Assembly (NCBI GenBank): GCA_965249115.1 | Contig: CBDFLI010000001.1 | Location: 417,996 to 481,995, forward strand | DNA length: 64,000 nucleotides | Reading direction: 5' to 3' | Source of the DNA: Dehalococcoidia bacterium | GTDB taxonomy: Bacteria; Chloroflexota; Dehalococcoidia; Lucifugimonadales; QGNO01 | In this document: piece by piece, positions 44,201 to 52,249 of the stretch | How the letters are laid out: each line of letters begins with the position of its first letter | Position numbering within the stretch: the stretch's first letter is position 1 | Notes under the pieces: model-generated | Databases searched by the model: none | What the model was told of the DNA's origin: nothing | What the model saw: the letters and a program-made list of their open reading frames with translations, nothing else | Made by a program: the position numbers and the translations under genes

Positions 44201-47200
44201 CAACTCCACGCAGCGGTAGATGAACTCCTGGTAAAGACGTGGGCGGAACCGGAATCAGCGCCAGCGTCGTCGTCCTTATAGGCTCCGATCACGGCGGTGT
44301 TGCCGTCCACCGCGACGGAGATTCCGAACCCGTCGCCCCGCACCACCGGGTCGTCGGTGGACGCGGTACTCAGCTTGCCGCCCTGAATAATCTCGAGCAG
44401 TTGGTACTTCTCTATGGTCGAATCTTCGGGGTCATCCCAACTCAGGTCCACCACGGTATCGCCCGCGGCCGCGGCGAGACCCGTGGGCCGGTTCGGTATC
44501 GCAAACGTGGGAGTACCTCGGGCGCGGGCCGAGGCCAAACCCGCGCCTGCGGCGTTCACGCCCCGCACCTGGAAGGTGTGTTCCTCGTCATTGGTCAGGC
44601 CGGTGACGATGTGAGAGATGGTCTCATCGTCGCTATCGCGGATGTCGGTCCAACCCGGAATACGCAAAAAGTAGGCCGCACCAGTATTGGCTTCGTTACT
44701 ATCATCCGAATACGCACCAACCACGACGGTGTCGCCGCTGACCCCGACGGAATACCCATACCGGTCCCGCGCCGCGCCGTCGGAGGCGGTGAGCTTGTCC
44801 CTCTGGCGCCACCCACCGGAGGAGTCCTGGGTGAAGACGTAGGCCGAGCCAGATAGATCGCCGTGATCGTCGTCCTGGTATGCTCCGATCACGGCGGTGT
44901 CGCCCTCCACGGCCACGGAAATTCCGAACTCGTCGTCCGCCGCGCCATCATCAGCCGTGAGCTTGGCCTTCTGGCTCCACACGCCGGAGACCTTGGTGAA
45001 TACGTAAGCCGCGCCGTTCCTGGTGTCGCCCTGACGCGCTCCGATCACGGCGGTGTCGCCGTCCACCGCCACGGAGATTCCGAACTCGTCGTTCGCCGCG
45101 CCGTCCGAGGCGATCAGCTTCGCCTTCTGGCTCCACACGCCGGAGACCTTGGTAAAGACGTAGGCCGAACCGGACTGGCTGCCGTTGTCGTCGTCCTGAC
45201 GCGCCCCGATCACCGCGGTGTCGCCGTCCAACGCGACGGAGATTCCGAACTCGTCGTCCGCCGCGGCATCGGAAGCGATGAGCTTGGCGGTCTCGCTGCT
45301 GTCGGCCCAGCCGGTGAAGGGCTTGGTGAAGACGTAGGCTGCACCATCGTCGCTGTCGTTTTGGTGCGCTCCCACCAGGATGGTGTTGCCGTCGACGGCG
45401 ACGGAGATTCCGAACTCGTCGCCCGCCGCAGCGCCGAAGGCGGTGAGCTTGGCTGTCTGAGTCATGTCGGCCCAGCCGCTGGCGGGCTTGGTGAAGACGT
45501 AGGCCGCGCCTTCGTCGTTGTCGTTGGAATCGGCGTCGTTTTGATGCGTCCCAACCACGATGGTGTCGCCGTCCACCGCCACCGAATACCCGAACTCGTC
45601 GTTCGCCGCGCCGTCATCGGCGGTGAGCTTGGCTAGCTGGCGCCACACGCCGGAGACCTTGGTAAAGACGTAGGCCGAACCAGCATTGCCGATGGTGTTG
45701 CTGTCGTCGTCAGTGTGGTCGTCTTGGTACGCCCCGATCACGGCGGTGTTGCCGTCCACCGCCACCGAATATCCGAATTCGTCGCCCCGGAGGCCGTCGC
45801 CGGCGGTCAGCTTGCTCGTGTCGATCTGTATGAGCTGGTACTTGGCTATGGGGGGCGAGCCGGCGACGGGGTTGTTCCAAGTCAGCTTCACCTGCTCGTC
45901 GCCCGCGTCCGCGTCCAAATTGCTGGGTGCCGCGGCCTGGGCTTCTAGAGTTACGGACTCGACCTCCGAGGCGTTTTGACCGCCACCATTGACGGCGCCG
46001 ACGGTGAAGGTGTACACGTCGGGCGGAGGCCCGCCCAGGCTGGTGATCGTGTGGGAGGCGGTGCTGGAATCGCTTCCTTCGATGTTGATCCAATTACCGA
46101 AGCCGCTACCATCGTTCTGTTTGTACTGATAACGCCTGACGGTCAACGGTTCAGTGCTCGCGGTCCACGCCAAGAGCACCTGGCCGACGCCGGTCTGGGT
46201 GACGTTGAGGTCTGCGGGTTGGGAGGGGCCGAACGTCGCCGCCACCGGCTTCGCGTCCGCTTCAGACGCGTCGCCCGCTCCCGCCGCGTTCACCGCGCGG
46301 ACCTGGAAGGTGTGCTTGACGTTGTTGCGCAGACCCCTGGCTATGTGAGAGATAGTCCCCGCTCCGCTGCCGGGGATGTCGGCCCACTCACCGGTTCCGA
46401 ACACGTAGGCCGAACCCTTATCGCTATCGTCCCCGACTGCCCCAACCAACACGGTGTCACCGTCGATCGCCACGAAGTTGCCGAACCGGTCGTTCCCACT
46501 GCGATCGTAGGCCGTGAGCGGGTCCGTACCTTCTGTATCGGTCCAGCCGCCTTGAGGCTCGGCGAATACGTACACCGAACCGCGGTTGCTGTCGTCTCGG
46601 TCCGCACCAACCACGACGGTGTTGCCGTCCACCGCGACGGAATACCCGAACTGGTCGTTCTCCGCGCGTTCGGAGGCGGTTAGCTTGGCGGTCTCGGTGT
46701 CGGTGGCCCAACCGCCGGTGGCGGGCTTAGTGAAGACGTACGCTGCACCGGAGTTGCTGACGTCGTTGGTGTTGTCATCGGGGTCGTCGTAGTCGTGGTA
46801 GGGCGCACCAATTACGATCGTGTCTCCGTCCATGGCTACGGCCCGGCCGAACCGATCGTTACTGGCGCGGTCGGAGGCGGTCAGCTTGGGAGTTGCATTG
46901 CTGACACTGGTGTCATCCCAATCGTCCCAGACTCCGGTGGCGGCGCGCTTCGTGAATACGTAAGCCGCACCTTTTGCGCCGTTTACTTCGAACGCCCCGA
47001 CCACAACCGTGTCGCCGTACACCGCTACGGAACGGCCGAACCGGTCGCCACCCGACTCGCCCCTCAGTGCGGCCGTCTCAGTCATGTCGGCCCAATCGTT
47101 GGCTGGCTTGGTGAAGATGTAGGCCGAGCCCCTCGCTCCGGTGTCTTCCTCGGGCGCCCCGACCACGATCGTATCGCCGTGCACTGCCACCGAAGTTCCG

Positions 47201-50200
47201 AACTCGTCTTCGGCCGCAGCGTCGGAGGCAGTGAGCCTGGCCGTCTGAGTCATGTCGGCCCAGCCGTTGGCGGGCCTGGTAAAGACGTACGCCGCACCAA
47301 CATCGTCGATGGGGTTGTTGTTGTTGTCGGTGTGGTCCTCCTCGTACGCGCCAACGACGATGGTGTCACCATGCACGGCGACGGCATGCCCGAAGCCGGC
47401 ATCCACCTTGGGAACGCTGGCGGTGAGCTTGCCCGCCTGGGTCCAGCCGCCGGCAACCCTGGTGAATACGTAGGCCGAACCGGATAGATTCTTGGTGTCG
47501 TCGTCCCCGAGGGCCCCTATCACCAGGGTGTCACCGTCCACGGCGACTGACCACCCTAACTCGTCTCCGTCATCGTGGTCGCTGGAGATCAGCTTGATGC
47601 TCTCAGGAAACTGCAACACCTGGTACTTGGTTATGGACGTATTGCCGGGGTCGTTCCATTTCAGCCTGACCTGGGTGTCTCCGATATCGCTCTCGATGCC
47701 GCTCCCAGGCTCGGGATCGTTGATGGTAAGCCCAGTCAGCGCCACCAGTTTAGCGACCACAGTCAGGGACTGGGCGCCGGAGGAGTCGCCTACGTATGGG
47801 CCGTTGACAGCGCGGATGGCGAAGGTGTAGTTCCCAGTGTTCAGATTGTTGAGGGTGTGGGAGACGGTACGGGAATCGCTCCCGGAGATGGTGGTCCAAG
47901 AGCCGTTGTTCTGTCTGAACTCGTAACCGGTGACGTCCAACGGGTTGGAACTCGCCACCCACGTCAACTCCACTTGGCCGACGCCCGTCTGTCTGGCGGC
48001 AAAGCCTTCGGGTACGCCCGGGGCCGAAGACGCGTCCCCCGGCGTCGCGGGCTTCTCGACGGACGCATCGCTTCCTCCCGCAGCGTTCACGGCGCGGACC
48101 CGGAACGTGTAGGACGTGTCGTTGGTCAGGCCGGTCACGATATGGAAGGTGGTCCCGGACCTGCTCCCAGGGATTTTCTGCCAAACGCCGAAGGCGCCGG
48201 TGCCCTCCTTCTGCCGGTACTCGTACCCGGATATGGTGAAATCCGCGGGGCTTCTCCAGCCGAGCCACACCTGTTCGTCGCCCGCGACGGCGGTGAATGA
48301 GTCGGGCGCCGCCGGCTGTCCGATTATTGTTACGGACCTGGAGTCGGACTCAGTTGAACCGGCGCCGTTGACGGCGCGTACAGCGAAGGTGTACGTGGTG
48401 CCCTTGGCCAGGCCGGTGACGGTATGGGAATGGGTGCTGGAATCGCTCCCCGTGATGGCGTTCCAATCGCCACTATCTTGCTTGTACTCATAACCACTGA
48501 CGGTCAGCGGGTAGCGGTGCGCGTCCCACGTCAACTCCACCTCACCGTCGCCAGTCTGCGCGGCGGAAAAGTTCAAGAGTTTGACCGGAACGTAGGAGGC
48601 CGCCTTCGGGGTCCCTGCCACGGAGACGGACGGATCGCTGGCTTCGGTGCCGTCCACCGCGCGCACCCGGAAGGTGTGGTCAATGTCGTTGGTCAGACCG
48701 GTCACGATATGGGACGTGGTCCCCGCGTTACTACCGGCGATGTCTTCCCAGTCCACGATGTCGAACACGTAGGCCGCGCCTTTGCCGCTGTCCTTCCCCT
48801 CCGCTCCAACCACGACTGTGTCACCGTCTATTGCGACGGAAGAGCCGAAATCGTGGTTAGTGTTGCGGTCGGAGGCGGTGAGTTTGGCCGTCTCGGTATT
48901 GTCGGCCCAGCCGGTGGCGGGCTTGGTGAAGACGTAGGCCGCACCGAAATTGGTCTCGGTGGCACCTTGGTCGACTCCGTCCGCCCCGATAACTACGATG
49001 TCACCGCTCACCGCTACGGAAATCCCAAACTGGCTGTCGTCTCGCTCGTCGACCCCGCGGTCGGAGGCGGTGAGCTTGGCCGCCTGACTCCACGCGCTAG
49101 GACCTTCTATGAAAACGTAAGCCGAACCGGCATTGGTGAGGTCATTGGTGTCGTCGCCGTCGTCTTCGTTCGCGCCATCCCCGATCGCCCCGATCACGGC
49201 AGTGCCATCGTCGATCGCGACGGAAGCACCCAAAAGATCGTTGTCAGCGCCATCGCCGGCGGTGAGCTTGGTCGCGTCACCAGTATCGATATCTAAGTCG
49301 CCGGTCCAGCCGTCGTCGGTCTTGGGCTTGGTAAATGCGTACACCGCACCCTTGCCGCCGTCTCTCCCGCTCGCCCCAATCAGAACGGTGCCACCGTCCA
49401 CTGCCACGGAATGGCCGAAGTAGTCGTTCGCCGCAGCGTTGGAGGCGGTGAGCGTGGCCGTCAAATTGGCCTTGGCAGGGTCAGTCAAGGTGCCCCAGCC
49501 GCTCCAGCCGCCGGTGGGTTCGGTGAAGACGTAGGCCGAACCTTCGTTGCTATCGTCGTGCCACGCCCCGGCCACGATGGTCCCGGTGTTATCGTCCACC
49601 GCTACGGAACGCCCGAACTCGTCGCCCGCAGCGACGCCGGCGGGGACGATCTTGGCCGCCTGGCTCCAAGTGTCGTTTTGCGAGGCTCTGGTGAATACGT
49701 AGACCGAGCCGGCACGGATCATCAAACCGTGGTCGTCCCGGGACGCGCCCACCACCATTGTGTTACCGTCCAGCGCTACAGAAGTGCCGAAACTATCTAG
49801 GCTGGCACCATCGCCTGCCGTGAGCTTGGTTCCCTGGTCCCACACACCGGAATCCGAGTCCCTCGCGAATACGAAGACCGAACCGGAACCGGATAACGTG
49901 CCGTCGTCGTCCCCGGGCACTCCGATCACGGCTGTGTTGCTGTCTACCGCTGCGGCACTCCCGAACTGGTCGTCCGCAGCGGGGGTTTTGTGTACCAGCT
50001 GAGCCCTTTCGGCAATCTGCCATAGCTGGTACTTGTCTATCGTCGAATCTGTGGGGTCCTCCCAGCTCAACCTCACCTGGGTGTCGCCGGCCTCGGTGGA
50101 CAGTCCGGACGGCTGCTCCGGGGCGGTGTCACTCTGCGCAGACGTGGTCAACGAGATGGTGGACCTCGACAGCAAGGCCAAGACAGTGACCATCGCCGCT

Positions 50201-50235
50201 ATGGCCAATCTCTGGGACCGGGAGCTAGACTGCAT
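35281..50235 (-). CDS. Giant surface protein (4984 aa): 49 FG-GAP blades in 7 propellers, about 15 FN3, 3 cadherin + 3 Ig-like domains, C-terminal TM anchor
   Basis: Repeats D.FG.SVAVDGDT.VVGA...G.AYVF; FN3 P..L.A..GD.QV.LSW / GLTNG..Y.F.VRAVN; cadherin VDENTP.GT.VG..ATDPDGD.L.YSL...LDYE; signal peptide; WWIILM...RKRGRI. Confidence 0.92.
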   Translation of the reverse strand: MQSSSRSQRLAIAAMVTVLALLSRSTISLTTSAQSDTAPEQPSGLSTEAGDTQVRLSWEDPTDSTIDKYQLWQIAERAQLVHKTPAADDQFGSAAAVDSNTAVIGVPGDDDGTLSGSGSVFVFARDSDSGVWDQGTKLTAGDGASLDSFGTSVALDGNTMVVGASRDDHGLMIRAGSVYVFTRASQNDTWSQAAKIVPAGVAAGDEFGRSVAVDDNTGTIVAGAWHDDSNEGSAYVFTEPTGGWSGWGTLTDPAKANLTATLTASNAAANDYFGHSVAVDGGTVLIGASGRDGGKGAVYAFTKPKTDDGWTGDLDIDTGDATKLTAGDGADNDLLGASVAIDDGTAVIGAIGDGANEDDGDDTNDLTNAGSAYVFIEGPSAWSQAAKLTASDRGVDERDDSQFGISVAVSGDIVVIGADGVDQGATETNFGAAYVFTKPATGWADNTETAKLTASDRNTNHDFGSSVAIDGDTVVVGAEGKDSGKGAAYVFDIVDWEDIAGSNAGTTSHIVTGLTNDIDHTFRVRAVDGTEASDPSVSVAGTPKAASYVPVKLLNFSAAQTGDGEVELTWDAHRYPLTVSGYEYKQDSGDWNAITGSDSSTHSHTVTGLAKGTTYTFAVRAVNGAGSTESDSRSVTIIGQPAAPDSFTAVAGDEQVWLGWRSPADFTISGYEYRQKEGTGAFGVWQKIPGSRSGTTFHIVTGLTNDTSYTFRVRAVNAAGGSDASVEKPATPGDASSAPGVPEGFAARQTGVGQVELTWVASSNPLDVTGYEFRQNNGSWTTISGSDSRTVSHTLNNLNTGNYTFAIRAVNGPYVGDSSGAQSLTVVAKLVALTGLTINDPEPGSGIESDIGDTQVRLKWNDPGNTSITKYQVLQFPESIKLISSDHDDGDELGWSVAVDGDTLVIGALGDDDTKNLSGSAYVFTRVAGGWTQAGKLTASVPKVDAGFGHAVAVHGDTIVVGAYEEDHTDNNNNPIDDVGAAYVFTRPANGWADMTQTARLTASDAAAEDEFGTSVAVHGDTIVVGAPEEDTGARGSAYIFTKPANDWADMTETAALRGESGGDRFGRSVAVYGDTVVVGAFEVNGAKGAAYVFTKRAATGVWDDWDDTSVSNATPKLTASDRASNDRFGRAVAMDGDTIVIGAPYHDYDDPDDNTNDVSNSGAAYVFTKPATGGWATDTETAKLTASERAENDQFGYSVAVDGNTVVVGADRDDSNRGSVYVFAEPQGGWTDTEGTDPLTAYDRSGNDRFGNFVAIDGDTVLVGAVGDDSDKGSAYVFGTGEWADIPGSGAGTISHIARGLRNNVKHTFQVRAVNAAGAGDASEADAKPVAATFGPSQPADLNVTQTGVGQVLLAWTASTEPLTVRRYQYKQNDGSGFGNWINIEGSDSSTASHTITSLGGPPPDVYTFTVGAVNGGGQNASEVESVTLEAQAAAPSNLDADAGDEQVKLTWNNPVAGSPPIAKYQLIQIDTSKLTAGDGLRGDEFGYSVAVDGNTAVIGAYQDDHTDDDSNTIGNAGSAYVFTKVSGVWRQLAKLTADDGAANDEFGYSVAVDGDTIVVGTHQNDADSNDNDEGAAYVFTKPASGWADMTQTAKLTAFGAAAGDEFGISVAVDGNTILVGAHQNDSDDGAAYVFTKPFTGWADSSETAKLIASDAAADDEFGISVALDGDTAVIGARQDDDNGSQSGSAYVFTKVSGVWSQKAKLIASDGAANDEFGISVAVDGDTAVIGARQGDTRNGAAYVFTKVSGVWSQKAKLTADDGAADDEFGISVAVEGDTAVIGAYQDDDHGDLSGSAYVFTQDSSGGWRQRDKLTASDGAARDRYGYSVGVSGDTVVVGAYSDDSNEANTGAAYFLRIPGWTDIRDSDDETISHIVTGLTNDEEHTFQVRGVNAAGAGLASARARGTPTFAIPNRPTGLAAAAGDTVVDLSWDDPEDSTIEKYQLLEIIQGGKLSTASTDDPVVRGDGFGISVAVDGNTAVIGAYKDDDAGADSGSAHVFTRSSSTAAWSWAAKLTASDAAANDEFGISVAIEGDTIVVGAHQNDADDQDNDEGVAYVFIKVSGVWGQKAKLTASDAAANDEFGISVAVHDDTVVVGAHLKNANDDDVDITDDVADSGAAYVFTKPESGGWADATEAAKLTASDAAVNDAFGISVAVHDETVVVGAHQNDADDQDNNEGAAYVFIKPESGGWADATETAKLTADNAAENDAFGISVAVHGETVVVGAHKYDVGVGIEKANAGAAYVFIKPESGGWADGTETPKLIASDAMRGDEFGIAVAVDDNEDTIVVGAYLDDDNGDNAGSAYVFTRDSNGWSQKTKLTGPSRGKGDWLGYSVAVAGDTVLAGAYKSNNSGPDSGAVQLWVVPEWADIANSDATTTSHTVAGLTNRVEYSLQVRAVDKVEGAVAGPPADPLRATPLKPKPAQPKELSAAPGDTQVRLSWNLPDEGSPPINSYQLWQHAENAILAATSPTADDEFGYAVAIDGDTAVVGMPGDDDGGLNAGAAFVFIRDSSGTWSQVARLRPSIPEANALFGNSVALKGNTIVVGAPREGTGSSGHGAVYVFTKDADSDWGNDAGQDHRIETAKLLADGGGASDEFGWEAVAVNDDEDTIVVGAYNKNAAYIFARPAAGWADTTETLKLSRSGSSDDFGRSVAIDGDTIVVGASGVDSTKGSVFVFIEPDTGWANSLGTEVAELTAYDRSGGDRFGRSVAIDGETIVVGASGVDSIKGSAYVFSEPDAGWANSPGTETAKLTASDRADNDQFGLSVAVDGDTVVIGADALNTTRSGSAYVLTKPAGGWADDDEPIKLTGSGTGNRDRFGLSVALDRVAVSEGVYRLTVMVGSNGQGSNDQGAAYVYDIQVWAPITGSTGETRSHFATGLTNGLEHTFAVRAVNDGGASDPSDQASKEPVASGSAPLKPRNFSAAQTGADEVRLEWGQVADPLKVTGYKYKQDTKNNDGTWTLGAWTLIDPSDSTTLSYAVSELMVGTTYTFAVRAVNSAVENDGKSDPSDPWSVTIATAPADRPTALTAVAGDEQVQLSWRYSGSQTAITGFQYQQKTGGDFGDDWTDITGSKAVTRSHIVTGLTNGTTYTFRVRAVNVTIGSDTTNEEDATPSASGSRPARPTIFNAEQTGVGQVELTWNTAGARLTVTGYQYTADGGSNWSDISGSDSGTVSHIVSGLMVGTRYRFVVRAVNSGMLPGFSSSFHDVTIVDAPRRPTGLGATGGDTQATFHWNVTPVTTDRPIDKHQLLHLPQSKLTDNDGADDDEFGYSVAIDGNTAVVGAPGSNSNAGAAYVFVFTEADDDDGAWSQAAKLTASDGAATDEFGYSVAVDGDTIVVGAPGSNSNAGAAYVFVFTEADDDDGVWSQAAKLTAFGAAESDEFGISVAVRGETVVVGAHLDDHTDGDGDTDDDEGAAYVFTKPGSGGWADATEAAKLTASDGAANDKFGISVSLDDDTVVVGAHQPQYEENGANVEVGPGAAYVFTKPSTGGWTDNTEGAKFTAPDGAANDQFGVSVAIDVDAVVVGAHLHDVGANANAGAAYVFTRDSNSGKWGQPLKLTASNGHADDGFGNSVAVDGNTAVVGAYLDDRDNAARDTGSTYVFARKLGVWSQTLNLAGPDPDEDDGLGYSVAVDDGTLLAGAPQDEIDPGFAYAMDISDAEWTDFVSTELTDNGKDYFYRVLNLTNDQEYAFRVRSVNAAVNRPSNETVAATPMSAKPGRTDGLSAQPGDSQVTLSWDDPRDSSLTGYQVLRPPEQTKFTAGSDGERNGAFGASVAVDDAAAVVGGTVVVGAPKHNVGSKSNAGAAYVFTEVDGVWSGPIELTAGSDGAENDWFGYSVAVEGNVAVIGAYQHDTNDNADAGAAYVFIRDPLTGVWSKPVKLIADDGAENDWFGYSVAVDGETIVVGARWHNGKAGAAYVFTRNSMTRVWGDDPGVSGTQRIQTAKLTASDGGAFNYFGHSVAVDGETIVIGAPGYNDSTGVAYVFTRDSGTGVWGNDPEPGETHRVETAKLTAFNGHAGDGFGNSVAVDGNTAVVGAQQGDGERGSAYVFTEPTGDGGWADNTETAKLAASDRELGDHFGNSVAVRGGSIVVGAYTANINECDECDEDPRSGAAYLFTKPAGAVWANDPNEDHRTESGKLTLPTNEEERGDEFGNSGALDGQSIVVGAPEGNDDFGSVYVSDIPQWAFLASGAETTSATVEGLTNGVEYAFQVRAVDFYGEGLPSDIVRATPMPVPDAPTYFSATARNAGVRLAWAYPTDSSITRYEYRQASGDREFGPATPIPESDATPTTHTVRKLTNRVEYTFQIRAVNYYGAGDWSASLNATPRPPNRSPYFIIGSDSATFTVDENTPPGTPVGSALTATDPNGDRLSYSLSGIDASSFGIGRSTGQLIVKDPLDYETQSVYEVTVRVSDDRNASDDVDVTITITNVDEVGTMSVSLEQPEVGTALTVSLSDPDGSVSDISWQWAASSDGSNWSDISGANSDSYTPVADDVGSYLRATASYTDRHGSGRSAHAVMERQTAQRDPSFEGDVTLLTVDENTPPGTLVGDAITATDPDGDVLTYSLSGTEASSFVLDGSTGQITVGSGSMLDYESGPTRYTVIVSVHDGRDAYGNDDTAIDDRIEVNIDVSNVDEAGTVSVSSERPTVGAALAASLSDPDGSLSDISWQWAASSDGSNWSDISGASLDSYTPVADDVGIYLQATASYTDGHGPGKSAHAVMERQTAQRDPSFEGDVTLLTVDENTPPGTLVGDAITATDPDGDVLTYSLSGTEASSFVLDGSTGQITVGSGSMLDYESGPARHTVIVSVHDGRDAYGNDDSTIDDRIEVSIDVSNVDEAGTVSVSSERPKVGAALAASLSDPDGSLSDISWQWAASSDRANWQDTAGASSSTYTLVDLDADKYLRVTASYADGEGSGKQAQAVLSNPVQGLPEPVATPTPAPIVPVDDGGISLWWIILMAAGAVAGAAVIYIIVRKRGRI
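35590..36860 (-). repeat. 609-bp near-identical tandem duplication (cadherin + Ig unit)
   Basis: Identical stretches offset by 609 bp, e.g. around 36001 and 36610. Confidence 0.85.
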
Positions 50236-50490
50236 CGAAGACGTGCCGCCTCCTTAAGGCGTTCGTGGGCGGCGTACACCGCCAAGCTGACTTCAAACCA
50301 TGTGCGGAATACAACTCAAGGCTACACCATTATCTGCCAAACGTACAACGCTTTTAAGCCCATAAATAGCTAGTACATGACATCTTAAAATCCACCACCT
50401 AGTCCAATAGGGGATCCTTTGTCTGTGACACTATGTCGTCGGGAGGATAGTCAGGCTCTTGGACCGATGAAATAGGGTTTCTGATCGTAA

Positions 50491-51782
50491 CGTCAGAAGT
50501 GGCTCCGGAAATCTGAACAGGGGGATAAGTGGAATCGCTGCCTGATTGAGGGCATGATAGTGCTCTCGGAGACAGGAGCGAGAGATGAGCAGACGACCCC
50601 GCCGTAACCACTCGGGAGAGTTCAAGGCGAAGGTGGCTCTTGCCGCAGTGCGCGGCGACCGGACACTTTCGGAGCTGGCAAGCCAGTTCGATGTGCACCC
50701 GAACCAGATCACGCAGTGGAAGACCCAGTTGCTGGATCGGGCGGCGCAGTTATTTGGCGCCGGGACAGGGCAGGCTGAAAAGCCGGTAGATATGAAGGTC
50801 CTTCACGCCAAGATCGGTGAGCTTGCGTTGGAGAACGATTTTTTAGAGGCCGCGCTCACGAAGGCGGGATTGCCGGGCGCAAGGCGATGATCGACCGCGA
50901 TCACAAGCTGCCTCTCGCCCGCCAGGCAAAGGCAGTGGGCATCAGCCGCGGGAGCATCTACTACCGGCCACGGCCGGTGGGCGAAGCCGGTCTCGGACTG
51001 ATGCGCCGCATCGATGACTGCACCTTGAGTATCCGTTTGCAGGCAGTAGGATGATGCGAGGCCTGCTCCGCCAGGAGGGACTCTCCTCCGTGCGTAGACA
51101 CATCGCCACACTGATGCGGCGGATGGGCATCGAGGCGCTGTACCGCAAGCCCAACACCAGCCGGCGACGGCCCGGCCATACGGTGTATCCGTACCTGCTG
51201 CGCGGGCTTGAGGTGAGCAGGCCCAACCAGGTGTGGGCAATGGATATCACGTACATTTCGATGGCCAGGGGGTTCGTGTACCTAGCCGCAGTGATGGACT
51301 GGCATAGCCGCAAGGTGCTGGCCTGGCGGGTATCGGTCACAATGGACACAGACTTCTGCGTGGAGGCGCTCGAAGAATCCCTGGGACGCCACGGCGCGCC
51401 GGAGATATTCAACACAGATCAGGGAAGCCAGTTCACAAGTGACGCCTTCACCGGCCTGCTGAAAGCCAATGGGATCCAGATCAGCATGGACGGGAAGGGA
51501 AGCTGGAAGGATAACGTGTTCGTCGAACGGCTGTGGAAGAGCGTCAAGTACGAGGAGGTGTACCTGAGAGCCTACGAATCGGTCCCGGAAGCCAGAACTG
51601 GACTCGGGCGGTACTTCGAGTTTTACAATGCCGGACGGCCCCATTCGAGCCTTGGGGGAATGACGCCGGACCAGTTCTTTGACAGAGCGCCTGCCGAGTC
51701 CGCGGCGGCCTAACGCACGGCAGCGCGATTCCACTTATCAAACCGGGCAGCGCTGTTCAGACAAACGAGACCACCCCTGACA
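50491..51782 (+). mobile_element. IS3-family element with frameshifted OrfB
   Basis: IRs GTCAGAAGTGGCTC...TCTGAACAG / CTGTTCAGA...CCACCCCTGACA; orfA 50585-50890 with a T6 slip site; orfB has a 1-nt loss near 51018; WAMDITY, TDQGSQF, DNVFVERLW. Confidence 0.88.
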
Positions 51783-51824
51783 AACTCAAACGTGGTTCTG
51801 GCTATAGTAAACTTAGGCCCACCA
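51783..51824 (-). other. Putative att site (inverted copy)
   Basis: Minus strand reads TGGTGGGCCTAAGTTTACTATAGCCAGAACCACGTTTGAG; plus strand ACTTAGGCCCACCA resembles a tRNA-Ile 3' end. Confidence 0.6.
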
Positions 51825-52249
51825 AGCTATACAAAATCAAGAACTTTCATCCGGCAGACACAATAGCAACGGAAAACTCAGGTACTCCTGGGCGGTCGGT
51901 TTGGGTCCATTCAAGCTAGGTCGGATTATTGGCCAGCAGCGTGCCCCACAACAGCCTGGCGGAGAGTGTGGGCCGTAGGGAACACGGGCGTGGAACGCGA
52001 GCGAGCGAGCACACCGGGGCCAGCTAGGTCTGCCGGAGTTCAAGCTAGCGAGCCGGGATGGCTCGACTCCCTGTGATTGGTTCGATGCCTGTCGACTAGG
52101 CTAAGCCCTCGCAATCATCGAAGAGGGTAAATACGACCAAGGCCTTGCGGCACTTGTGGGTGTGAGCCTGGATTCCGCGCGAGCAGGCGACATAGGACTT
52201 TGCCAACTATTAGTGTTGAGGCCTTTTCAGTTGACTTACCAGCCATCCA

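Noticed and set aside
35549-50257. Many plus-strand and alternate-frame ORFs over the giant gene
   Set aside because: Shadow ORFs expected from high-GC repetitive coding sequence
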